This document shows, piece after piece, positions 41,001 to 49,232 of a stretch of DNA of 64,000 nt. The notes beneath the pieces are model-generated. The model saw only the letters and a program-made list of their open reading frames with translations, ran no database searches and was not told where the DNA came from. The first letter of the stretch is position 1. Every line of letters begins with the position of its first letter. The stretch is taken from contig OZ245755.1 of the NCBI GenBank assembly GCA_965227345.1, forward strand, positions 3,719,293 through 3,783,292, written 5' to 3'. The stretch comes from Sphingomonadales bacterium. Lineage in GTDB: Bacteria > Pseudomonadota > Alphaproteobacteria > Sphingomonadales > G965227345. A program made the translations under genes and the position numbers.

Positions 41001-41400
41001 CAGGCGTGCCTTCAATGGCACCGATCAGCGCCTGTTCTTTGGAAACAGCATGGTCAAGCCGGTTTGATGGCCTGGGCTTTTGTTTTGGCGTTGCCGGGTA
41101 AGAGGTGCGCAGGGCCTGTGGTGTATCAGCTTCTTGTGATGATGCGAAACGGGTCGGGTAGGGTTTGTTTTGTTTTTCAACAGTATCAGTACCCAAAGCG
41201 CCCGAGTTTGCGGAATCTTCTGCCAGCAACCTGTCAATATCAAGGGCACTATCGCCATTATCCGGCGACAGACTGTCCTGCTCTGACGGTGATATTGCGA
41301 CTTCCTCGACACTATAGCGCTGATAAAGCGTGGCGGTTGTGTAAATTCCCGTCAGCCCAAGCAGAGCACCAAGTACGACCAATATTTTCTGTGTCATCAT
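38065..41400 (-). CDS. PEP-CTERM-sorted, Ser-rich tandem-repeat surface protein (1111 aa)
   Basis: N-terminal signal/anchor MMTQKILVVLGALLGLTGIY. Poly-Ser and poly-Gly blocks precede about 52 GGDTSSSS repeats. The C-terminal sorting signal is VPTPATLVIFGSGLAGLAYGVTRRRRRK (P-x-P, a hydrophobic helix, then an Arg cluster). Confidence 0.85.
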   Translation of the reverse strand: MMTQKILVVLGALLGLTGIYTTATLYQRYSVEEVAISPSEQDSLSPDNGDSALDIDRLLAEDSANSGALGTDTVEKQNKPYPTRFASSQEADTPQALRTSYPATPKQKPRPSNRLDHAVSKEQALIGAIEGTPEGLRDLQAYFDTAGGNDKALKSLAEDLTDAMGGHSVLRDFPKAAQAAQRILDAFRNSALAAYEMPLFMQDGFALNDGDEGWDLGPAGKRAYGEFMRVGPADEPVKGPDAEAFEGTVVSGLVNDGIKRVESFSANRSAGIYNIYLLSGTSLKPATASFPFGSGVRSNGSDVRVVDLTDETFGSYALLGTGGINEISKQISQSDANGPRLISFANEEVAGKILSTHAIVSDNTIQIILDPPAEGDTYISAVVISPSDLGQIEKDLQDRLAALLESTETAAGSPVFYDFGESPISQFANYPSPRTRFANNFAAPGAGGGRATFISSSGSTSSSSSSSSSSSSSSSSSSGGGGGFGGGGGGSSSTSSSSSGVDGGSSTSSSSSSGGTTPAVPGDEDCVLEEGQDTCPVDTGGSSGGSSGSSSSGGDTSSGGDTSSSSGGDTSSSSGGDTSSSSGGDTSSSSGGDTSSSSGGDASSSSGGDTSSSSGGDTSSSSGGDTSSSSGGDTSSSSGGDTSSSSGGDASSSSGGDTSSSSGGDTSSSSGGDTSSSSGGDTSSSSGGDTSSSSGGDTSSSSGGDTSSSSGGDTSSSIGGDTSSSSGGDTSSSSGGDTSSSSGGDTSSSSGGDTSSSSGGDTSSSSGGDASSSSGGDTSSSSGGDTSSSSGGDTSSSSGGDTSSSSGGDTSSSGGGDTSSSSGGDTSSSSGGDTSSSSGGDTSSSSGGDTSSSSGGDTSSSSGGDTSSSSGGDTSSSSGGDTSSSSGGDTSSSSGGDTSSSSGGDTSSSSGGDTSSSSGGDTSSSSGGDTSSSSGGDTSSSSGGDTSSSSGGDTSSSSGGDTSSSSGGGNEALLVADAGPDQIGLMDDVFDLDFCGSTFDELGLCSIDPPMLEEDFTIEWLLDTVSLGFATGSTPFRLDTSLFGDLFDEPGSYILTLDILYYGGLSPIRSGDSMTLTLLSPRTVPTPATLVIFGSGLAGLAYGVTRRRRRK
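38497..39744. repeat. 24-bp coding tandem repeat array (about 52 units) with higher-order 144/240/360-bp duplications
   Basis: Period-24 units such as gtgtctccgccgctggaggatgac and gtatcaccaccgctggaggaagat. The 60-nt line starting at 39061 is identical to the one starting at 39421 (360 bp apart), and part of it recurs at 39565 (144 bp further). Confidence 0.95.
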
Positions 41401-41444
41401 AATTTTCCCGGCGTAAAAGACATGTGCTTTATACGCTTCATCGA

Positions 41445-42875
41445 CTAATTTCGTCCGTACGTATCATCAAATCGGACGATATCATCTTCACCAAGGTAAC
41501 CGCCGGATTGCACCTCGATGATGTGGAGCGGTATTTTGCCTGGATTTTCCAGTCTGTGTGTCGCTCCAATTGCAATATACACTGATTCATTCTCGTGGAG
41601 AACAAATTTTTCATCATCGCGGGTGACGCTGGCCGTGCCCTGGACGACAACCCAATGCTCGGCCCGGTGGTGGTGCTTTTGTAAGGAAAGCTTTTCTCCG
41701 GGGTTAACAACCAGCCTTTTAACCTGAAAACGATCACCGGCATCAGTAGTCTGGTAGTTGCCCCAGGGTCGATAGACTATTGTGTGCGATATATGCTCCT
41801 GTCGTCCGGAATGTTCAAGTTTTTCAACAACCTGTTTAACATCCTGGGCATATTTCTTGTCTGCCACCAGGACGGCGTCCTTGGTGGCGACAACAATTAC
41901 ATTTTGCAGACCAACCGTCGCGACCGCCGGGCCTTCTGTCCGCACAAGTGAATTGTGTGTATTCACGTTAAGAACATCGCCGTGCAACACATTACCATCG
42001 CTGTCTTTTTCGCCAATATCCCATAATGCGGTCCAGGATCCGACGTCATTCCAGCCCATATCAACAGGAACAACTGTTGCGGCGGCTGTTTTTTCCATTA
42101 CAGCGTAATCAATGGAATTGGCAGGGCAAGGCAGAAACGCATCAGCGTCGGGGCGCAGGAAAGAAAGGTCTTTCTGGCTATTTTGCATGGCTTTGGTACA
42201 GGCTGCGACAATTTCCGGCTCGTGGCGTTCAAGTTCATCCATATAGGCGCGGGCCGGAAAAAGGAACATGCCGCTGTTCCAGTAATAATCACCGGAGGCA
42301 ATATAAGTTTCTGCCGTTGCCAGATCAGGCTTTTCAACGAACCTTTTGACTTTAAAGCAGTTTTCTCCGCCCGGGATAGAGTCGCCTTTTTGGATATAGC
42401 CATAGCCTGTTTCCGGGCTCGACGGCTTGATGCCAAAGGTTGCAAGGGCTCCGTTGCCTGAGACTGCGCTTGCAGCCTGTCGAATGGCATGATGAAAGGC
42501 ATCAAGATCATTAATCACATGATCAGAGGGCATAATCAGCATAACGCCATCAGGATCCTGCTCAAGAACAAACAGGGCTGCCAAGGCTGCAGCCGGTGCT
42601 GTATTGCGGCCAGCAGGCTCAAGAATAATGGATTCAGGAGTTATTTTTTCCTGACGCAACTGCTCGGCAATAATAAAGCGGTGCTCGTTATTGGCGATGA
42701 TCGTCGGGCGGGCAAACATATTGCCGCCGAAAACGCGCAACGCGGTTTCCTGCAGCATGGTCCTGTTTCCGGCCAGCGGCAGCAATTGCTTGGGGTAGTG
42801 GGCACGGGACAAAGGCCACAGCCGCGTGCCGGAACCCCCGGACAATATTATCGGCCAAATCTTGCGACTGATCAT
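41445..42875 (-). CDS. manC: mannose-1-phosphate guanylyltransferase / mannose-6-phosphate isomerase (bifunctional, ManC/XanB type)
   Basis: 476 aa. ILSGGSGTRLWPLSR (NTP-transferase) and a C-terminal cupin (RPWGNY...HHHRAEHWVVVQGTA...GEDDIVRFDDTYGR). Confidence 0.9.
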   Translation of the reverse strand: MISRKIWPIILSGGSGTRLWPLSRAHYPKQLLPLAGNRTMLQETALRVFGGNMFARPTIIANNEHRFIIAEQLRQEKITPESIILEPAGRNTAPAAALAALFVLEQDPDGVMLIMPSDHVINDLDAFHHAIRQAASAVSGNGALATFGIKPSSPETGYGYIQKGDSIPGGENCFKVKRFVEKPDLATAETYIASGDYYWNSGMFLFPARAYMDELERHEPEIVAACTKAMQNSQKDLSFLRPDADAFLPCPANSIDYAVMEKTAAATVVPVDMGWNDVGSWTALWDIGEKDSDGNVLHGDVLNVNTHNSLVRTEGPAVATVGLQNVIVVATKDAVLVADKKYAQDVKQVVEKLEHSGRQEHISHTIVYRPWGNYQTTDAGDRFQVKRLVVNPGEKLSLQKHHHRAEHWVVVQGTASVTRDDEKFVLHENESVYIAIGATHRLENPGKIPLHIIEVQSGGYLGEDDIVRFDDTYGRN

Positions 42876-43159
42876 ATCTTGTTACTCTTATACACGCCTT
42901 ATTTCCCTCCTTACTCAACCTCTGCCGGAACCCGGTCTGGCGGGCACTGACAACATAAAATGAGTATATATATAAAATTATAACAATTAGTAACCGGTGA
43001 TTCCGACAATTATGAGGCAATTACACAGATGGACACACTGGCGAAGTCTGACGCAATGTACGAAATCGTGTGCGCCAGATGTTAACAAATTCTCGACATC
43101 ATACATATTTTACGGTATTGTATTGATGAATTGTTTAATTAACATAAAGATATTGTATA

Positions 43160-44005
43160 ATGTGCGCTGACGCAATTTTTGATACCCTTCCCAAGTTCGA
43201 ACCGGGATGGGTATGGCTTGCAGGGGCCGGACCGGGTGATCCCGGTTTGATGTCCTTGCATTGTCTGAATGGCTTGCGTCAGGCAGACGTTGTTGTTTAT
43301 GACGCACTGGTTGGCGGCGATGTGTTGGCGCACGCCCGTGCAGGTGCTGTCATGGAATTTGCCGGCAAGCGCGGAGGCAAGCCCTCTCCAAAGCAGCGGG
43401 ACATTTCAAGTCGGCTGGTGGAACTGGCGCGCAGTGGCAAACGCGTGCTGCGCCTGAAAGGTGGCGATCCGTTCATTTTTGGTCGTGGCGGGGAAGAGGC
43501 GCGCGCGCTGGTCCGTGCAGCTATACCTTTCCGTATTATTCCCGGTATTTCTGCGGGCGTTGGTGGTTTGGCCTATGCGGGCATTCCCTTAACCGATCGC
43601 CTGACCAATCAGGCCGTGACTTTTGTAACAGCCCATGGTGCAGGCGGTGAGTTGGCATCGGGTGTTCAGTGGGCGCTGCTCGCCAAAATGACCACGCCGC
43701 TGGTCATATATATGGCGCTAAACAGGCTGCAGCAGATTAGCGACTGCCTGATTGAAGGTGGCCGGGAGGCGGATCAGCCCGTTGCAATCGTAAGCCGCGC
43801 GACCTTGTCTGATCAGAAAGTTCTGGAAACCACCCTGCGCGATTGCGCGCGCGATGCCATGGCCGCGGATATCCCGGGGCCAGCCATGATGGTCGTGGGG
43901 GATATTGTTCGTCTCAGGTCTTCACTGGACTGGATAGGTGCACTGGATGGCAAGGCTTTGGACGGCGATCCGATAGCCTGTGAGGGCTTGTCTGAGGTCT
44001 GTTAG
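43160..44005 (+). CDS. cobA: uroporphyrinogen-III C-methyltransferase (SUMT)
   Basis: 281 aa. VWLAGAGPGDPGLMSL, VVVYDALV, RLKGGDPFIFGRGGEE. Confidence 0.85.
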   Translation: MCADAIFDTLPKFEPGWVWLAGAGPGDPGLMSLHCLNGLRQADVVVYDALVGGDVLAHARAGAVMEFAGKRGGKPSPKQRDISSRLVELARSGKRVLRLKGGDPFIFGRGGEEARALVRAAIPFRIIPGISAGVGGLAYAGIPLTDRLTNQAVTFVTAHGAGGELASGVQWALLAKMTTPLVIYMALNRLQQISDCLIEGGREADQPVAIVSRATLSDQKVLETTLRDCARDAMAADIPGPAMMVVGDIVRLRSSLDWIGALDGKALDGDPIACEGLSEVC

Positions 44006-44017
44006 AATAGTCAGGGA

Positions 44018-44188
44018 TTATTTTTGTCGGTGCGGCAATTGGGCAATGATCTTGTGTTGAGCCTCCGCCGGCATTTTGCCCCAACCGGCAATTTCCTGGA
44101 TCGTGCGGGCACATCCGGTACAATATCCGGTTTCACGATCAATTTCGCAAATGTTGATGCAGGGTGAAGGCGGGTGTTTTTGTATCAT
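44018..44188 (-). CDS. DUF1289 family protein
   Basis: Start MIQKHP (cat at 44186-44188) gives 56 aa. [29 protein letters not shown] is the DUF1289 Cys motif. Confidence 0.7.
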   Translation of the reverse strand: MIQKHPPSPCINICEIDRETGYCTGCARTIQEIAGWGKMPAEAQHKIIAQLPHRQK

Positions 44189-44293
44189 TCGGCTTTCTGT
44201 TATCACAAATAATTTACAGCCCGTTATATAGACATCTTTTGCGCAGTAAACCATTCTGGGACGACGTCAAAGACTGGAACTGATAATTTTATT

Positions 44294-44926
44294 GTGAAAA
44301 GACCGACAAACAAGAGCCAAAATGATCCGTCCGGGCAGGATCGGGACTTCACAAGTCTTTTGCAGGAAATACGTTCCTGCCGGATATGTGAAAAGGTATT
44401 GCCATTAGGCCCCCGACCGGTTCTGCAGGCTACAGCACAAGCGGGAATTGCCATCTGTGGTCAGGCCCCGGGCACCAAAGTTCACAAGTCCGGCCAGCCA
44501 TTTGATGATCCCAGTGGCGACAGGCTGCGCCAATGGATGGGAATTTCCAAAGATGATTTTTACGATGAAAGCAAGTTTGCGATCATCCCCATGGGTTTTT
44601 GTTATCCGGGACGGCACGTCAGGGGCGGGGACCTGCCACCCCGGCCGGAATGTGCGCTCACCTGGCATGACAGGCTGTTCCCCAGGCTGGTTAATTGTCG
44701 GCTTAAGCTTGTCATCGGACAATATGCCATTGCCTATCACCTGAAAGACAAATGTCTTAAAACCCTGACAGATACCGTTAAGGCATGGAAGGATTATGCA
44801 CCTGATATCATTCCCTTGCCGCACCCTTCGCCCCGCAACAATATGTGGTTACGCCGCAATCCATGGTTTGAAGAAGAGGTGGTGCCGCTGCTCCGCCAAA
44901 GAGTTGCGGAAATTTTGCGGCATTAA
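44294..44926 (+). CDS. uracil-DNA glycosylase superfamily protein
   Basis: 210 aa with a GTG start. Motif A-like ICGQAPG and motif B-like LPHPSPRN. Confidence 0.7.
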   Translation: MKRPTNKSQNDPSGQDRDFTSLLQEIRSCRICEKVLPLGPRPVLQATAQAGIAICGQAPGTKVHKSGQPFDDPSGDRLRQWMGISKDDFYDESKFAIIPMGFCYPGRHVRGGDLPPRPECALTWHDRLFPRLVNCRLKLVIGQYAIAYHLKDKCLKTLTDTVKAWKDYAPDIIPLPHPSPRNNMWLRRNPWFEEEVVPLLRQRVAEILRH

Positions 44927-45904
44927 CTAAATATGCTTGCTGATCAGGTAGCGCCATGCGGCCCAGCAGGTCAGGATCAAGCCATAAAAGACAAATGTCA
45001 AAGGGGCTGTAAAAAAGTCCCATATATTGGCAAAGCTGAAATAATCCGCCAAAGTCTCCTCATCCTGACCGATAATTCTTACTTCCCGCGGGGCCATTAT
45101 TTCAATTTCGGCATTGCTCGCTTCAATTTTTATACGTTTCTGTTCTGCGGCCTGAAAAACCTGATGCTGGTGGAAGCTGGCATCGCTTATGATCATGTCG
45201 GTCATTTTAGGCTGGGTGATCGCAATATAATTACGCAGATCCTTTAGACTGGATTGAATGACCTCAAGCTCTTTTGACCGGGGACCCAGCATCTCGACAA
45301 CAAGATCGCCAAGAGTTGTGTCATTACGACCTAGCGTTCGCTGGGTGTAATCGACACCATCGGCCCCAAGGCCTGCCGCGCGCGGATCAACACTTGCATA
45401 GCTTGTGTCGTCGCCAATCGACATCGTTTCCTGCAACAATTCACTTAAAGCTCGACGCTCTTCAGCCAGTTGAAGATAGTCCGTATACCGAAATTCACCG
45501 GCTTCTTCCAACGGGACCGTATCAGTCACTTCATTGCCAAGCCGTAACACGGCTCCGGGGCGGGAAGGCCTGAATGGCTGATAGGTGCGGGACGCTGGAA
45601 CGGCGAGAAACCAGTCCTGCAAGGCAGAATCATCAAATCGGCTCGAAAGATCGGCGTGCGTTCCCCATAATGACTGTCCGGGCACGAGATTTTCGAAGAT
45701 ATCATCACTTTGCAGCGTTTTGATCTGATCAAACGAAACATCAGACAGGTCCTGGGCCACGCCGTCCTGCTGAATGGACAGAATCGTTCCCGCGTTCACT
45801 TCAAACCAGTATCCCGATCCAGTGAACGCCAGCACGATCAGCACTATTCTGCACATATTTGGCGTTTTCAATTTTTTCCTGACGCTAGATGGCCTTGATC
45901 TCAT
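44927..45904 (-). CDS. hypothetical bitopic membrane protein
   Basis: 325 aa. N-terminal hydrophobic segment (CRIVLIVLAFTGSGYWF) and C-terminal TM (LTFVFYGLILTCWAAWRYL). I recognise no family. It is divergent from prsT. Confidence 0.45.
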   Translation of the reverse strand: MRSRPSSVRKKLKTPNMCRIVLIVLAFTGSGYWFEVNAGTILSIQQDGVAQDLSDVSFDQIKTLQSDDIFENLVPGQSLWGTHADLSSRFDDSALQDWFLAVPASRTYQPFRPSRPGAVLRLGNEVTDTVPLEEAGEFRYTDYLQLAEERRALSELLQETMSIGDDTSYASVDPRAAGLGADGVDYTQRTLGRNDTTLGDLVVEMLGPRSKELEVIQSSLKDLRNYIAITQPKMTDMIISDASFHQHQVFQAAEQKRIKIEASNAEIEIMAPREVRIIGQDEETLADYFSFANIWDFFTAPLTFVFYGLILTCWAAWRYLISKHI

Positions 45905-46080
45905 GGGTGAAGCGGGGTTAACAGTTTATCCCGGAAATATTCATCAAGCGTGACTTTCATCATGTGAACATAGCATGTACCCTTTTTACATAGAATATTT
46001 TTCATTTTGTAAACAACTCTGATGTAAACTCGCTGATTATCGATGAAATAGTATAGCCAATACAGGATTGTTGCGGGCGC

Positions 46081-48870
46081 ATGAGATCAGGAATATTGAA
46101 AAACACTCTGGCACTTTGTTTCATGGCATTGTCACTTGCCTTGATATCTGCATGCGATTCCGAACCAACCTATACCATTGAGCAACATCTGGTCCGGGCC
46201 AAGGATTTCCGGTATCAGGGTGATTTGAGATCTGCTGTCATCGAACTCAAAAACGCGCTTCGAAAAGATGCCGATAATGGCCCGGCCAGATTCATGCTGG
46301 GGGAAGTTTACCTTGATGTCGAGAATGGTGCAGCGGCCGAAAAGGAAATAGAGCTGGCGCTTGAAAATGGTATGTCCTCGGTCGAAACACGGGTGATGCT
46401 TGGACAGTCATGGCTTTTACAGGGCAAGTTTCAGGAAGTTTTGGATGAATTCCCTGACGATGGACTGGTGGGCAAGAATGCGGCGTTCAGGCAATTACGC
46501 GGGGATGCCCTGCGGGGACTGAAAAAACATGACGAAGCCGTCGTGGCGTATGAAAGAGCCCTGGCAGCAAATCCAAACGATCTGGGAAGCATTATCGGAT
46601 TGTCGAATATTGCTCTGGTCCGTAGAGAATATGCAGAGGCCGCAAACTATCTGGAACGCGCCGAGACGGTCGCACCCAATCATACCAAGGTTTATGCCTT
46701 AAGAGGTGATATCGCGATGGCGACCCGGCGCTTTGACGAGGCTGTAGAGGCCTATGACGCGCTGGCCAAGGCCAGGCCAGACAGCCTCTATTATCGCGTC
46801 GCGCTGGCGCAGGCGCTGTCACAGTCAGGACAGGTTGAACAGGCCATCGCCAATCTCGACAAGGTTCTGGCATCTGCGCCTTCGTTCGGACTTGCCAATC
46901 AGGTTATGGCGCAGGTGCTGCTCTCAAAACATGAATTTCAGCGCGCCAGAGCTCATGCAGAGCGGGCACTGACTGCCAATGAAAATAACCAGCGGGCATT
47001 GCTGATTGCGGGCACAGCGAGTATGGGTCTGGAAGAACTGGAACGCGCCAATTCCTATTTAAGCCGTTATGTTGCATTGGTGCCAGATAGTGTCTCCGCC
47101 CGAAAATTGCTGGCACGGGTTCAAACACAGCTGGGCAAGGGTAACGAAGCGCTGGAAACATTGGATCCTTTGGCAAAAAAAATGGGTGACGATATCGAGG
47201 TCCTCGCCTTGTTGTCAGAGGCATCGGTGTCTCAGGGCGATTATGATCAGGGTGCCGAATATCTGGCCCGGTCGCTCCAGCTCCAGCCCGATAATGCGGA
47301 ATTGGCTATTAAGCTGGGCATGGCTGAAATTAAGGGTGGGTCTGTCAAGAAGGGGATTGAGCATCTGGAAAAAGGTGTCGCCCTTAATCCTGTTTCGATT
47401 GGCAATCATGTAGCCCTCATTGAAGCGCTGCTCGGTGCCAGACAGTATGAAAGTGCATTAAAGAAAGGAAGAAATCTGGCCAAGACAGTGCCGGATAGCC
47501 CGGCAGGACATATTATGTCGGGCATGAGTTTGCTTGCCCTTGGCCGAAATGACGAAGCCGAAAAATCATTCCGCGAAGCGCTGGCCATTAATCCGGGAAA
47601 TCCGGTCGCCGCTGTAAAGCTTGCAAATGTTCTGGAAGCTCGCAAGCAATATGCTGAAGCAGAATTGGTCTACAAGTCAATTTTGACAACAGACAGGACC
47701 CACCTGGAATCCATGTTAAGGCTCGCGTCTTTGGCAGAGAAGCAGCAAAGGGGAGACGAGGCGCTGGACTGGTTGCAGCGCGCAGTGTCGATTTATCCGG
47801 AGGAACTGGCCCCCAGTCTTATTCTTGCGGCCGAATACATGAAAAGAGGCGAATATGACAGGTCACTGGCAGTCTCACGAAAAATCCAGACCACCTATCC
47901 TGATCATCTGCGTCTGTTGTCTGTTGTCGGAACATCCGAATTAAAGTCCGGGCAGGTGGACAAGTCGATCGGGACGTTTGAACGGCTTGTCGCCCTGGAT
48001 CCGTCATCTGCCCAGGCATTATTTACCCTGTCGCAGGGATATGCAGAACTGGGAGACTGGGAGAAGGTCCGGGGGGTACTGTTAAGGCTTGAATTGCTGG
48101 ACCCGGATCATGAAGGCGCAAAGTTTCAGTGGCTAAGGGTTTATGGCAATACGGGCGATATGGCACGTGCGAAGGTTCTGGCGGCTGATCTGGAGAAAAA
48201 GTATCCCAATTCACCGCAGCTTATGCTCGCGCTGGGGGATCTTGCCATGAAGCGCGAGGAACCGGCTAAAGCCACGGATTTTTACGCGCGTTATCTTGGC
48301 CAGCGACGTGATGGTCCCGTTGTTCTGAAACTCGCCCGCGCGCAATCGGAATCCGGCGCGCCAAAGGCGGCTGAAAATACTCTGGCGACATGGTTGAGGC
48401 ATGAACCGGACGATCATCAGGCACGGGCCCTGTTTGCGTCGATCCTTCTGGATGACGGACAACTGGACAAGTCCGAACAGGAATATTTGCGTCTTTCGAC
48501 CGAGCCGTCATATGCAGTTATGGTCAATAATAATCTGGCCTGGATATATCTGAAACAGAACCGGATGGACAAGGCCGTGATGTTTATTGAGCGTGCCATC
48601 GAAAAAGCGCCGAATAACAGGCAGGTTCTTGATACCGCCCATAAAGTCTATAGTGCTCAGGGCAACAACTGGAAGGTGATTTCCATCTTGTCGGCTCTTG
48701 TTGAGCAGGAGCCGGACAATGATCAGGCTCGCATTGATCTCGCTGTGGCCCTTGTTGATATCGGGCAGAAGGAACAGGCACTGGATGTTATCAGTCGGAT
48801 ATCTGTCAAAAACCTCTCTCATGCTCAGCAGAAAAAGCTGGATCAGATGAAGCTTGCGCTATCGGACTAG
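46081..48870 (+). CDS. prsT: PEP-CTERM system TPR-repeat lipoprotein (PrsT-like), copy 1
   Basis: 929 aa. Lipobox LALISAC, then TPR repeats along the whole length. Size and context (next to epsB/prsK/prsR) fit PrsT. Confidence 0.75.
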   Translation: MRSGILKNTLALCFMALSLALISACDSEPTYTIEQHLVRAKDFRYQGDLRSAVIELKNALRKDADNGPARFMLGEVYLDVENGAAAEKEIELALENGMSSVETRVMLGQSWLLQGKFQEVLDEFPDDGLVGKNAAFRQLRGDALRGLKKHDEAVVAYERALAANPNDLGSIIGLSNIALVRREYAEAANYLERAETVAPNHTKVYALRGDIAMATRRFDEAVEAYDALAKARPDSLYYRVALAQALSQSGQVEQAIANLDKVLASAPSFGLANQVMAQVLLSKHEFQRARAHAERALTANENNQRALLIAGTASMGLEELERANSYLSRYVALVPDSVSARKLLARVQTQLGKGNEALETLDPLAKKMGDDIEVLALLSEASVSQGDYDQGAEYLARSLQLQPDNAELAIKLGMAEIKGGSVKKGIEHLEKGVALNPVSIGNHVALIEALLGARQYESALKKGRNLAKTVPDSPAGHIMSGMSLLALGRNDEAEKSFREALAINPGNPVAAVKLANVLEARKQYAEAELVYKSILTTDRTHLESMLRLASLAEKQQRGDEALDWLQRAVSIYPEELAPSLILAAEYMKRGEYDRSLAVSRKIQTTYPDHLRLLSVVGTSELKSGQVDKSIGTFERLVALDPSSAQALFTLSQGYAELGDWEKVRGVLLRLELLDPDHEGAKFQWLRVYGNTGDMARAKVLAADLEKKYPNSPQLMLALGDLAMKREEPAKATDFYARYLGQRRDGPVVLKLARAQSESGAPKAAENTLATWLRHEPDDHQARALFASILLDDGQLDKSEQEYLRLSTEPSYAVMVNNNLAWIYLKQNRMDKAVMFIERAIEKAPNNRQVLDTAHKVYSAQGNNWKVISILSALVEQEPDNDQARIDLAVALVDIGQKEQALDVISRISVKNLSHAQQKKLDQMKLALSD

Positions 48871-49232
48871 ACGTTCTTAACCGGACCGGATTCCAGACCC
48901 CGCTACTCTGTATATTTAACGCCGGTTTTTGTATTATACGGAATATAAATGATATTTTCCAATCTTGAGCATCAGGCTGGAATAAAATGGACGCAAGAAT
49001 AGTAGCAGGGTATTCATGTGCCGGAAGAATGACTGTTCATGAAAATTCATCAGATAATTTTATGGAATTTTAACGCACATCGACGATGATCGCCTTATGT
49101 TTGGCGTAATATGAACAAAATATGGTCGACTTTGTTATTTAGGAATAGCTGAATTGAGACAACAGGTTAATGTCTGTGATCCAGCTGGAATGACATGTCG
49201 TGCAAGGCAGGAAAAGGCCGCTCGGAAGAGAA

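Noticed and set aside
43020-43159. Possible cobalamin riboswitch upstream of the SUMT (cobA) gene.
   Set aside because: I could not find a B12-box-like element or the expected conserved stems by eye. The region is simply an AT-rich divergent promoter region. A covariance-model scan would be decisive.
48871-49199. Sigma-54 (-24 TGGCAC / -12 TTGC) promoters expected for PrsR targets. I also looked at 41401..41444 and 45905..46080.
   Set aside because: I found no convincing GG-N10-GC element with the right flanks by eye, so I make no claim. A position-weight-matrix scan should be run.
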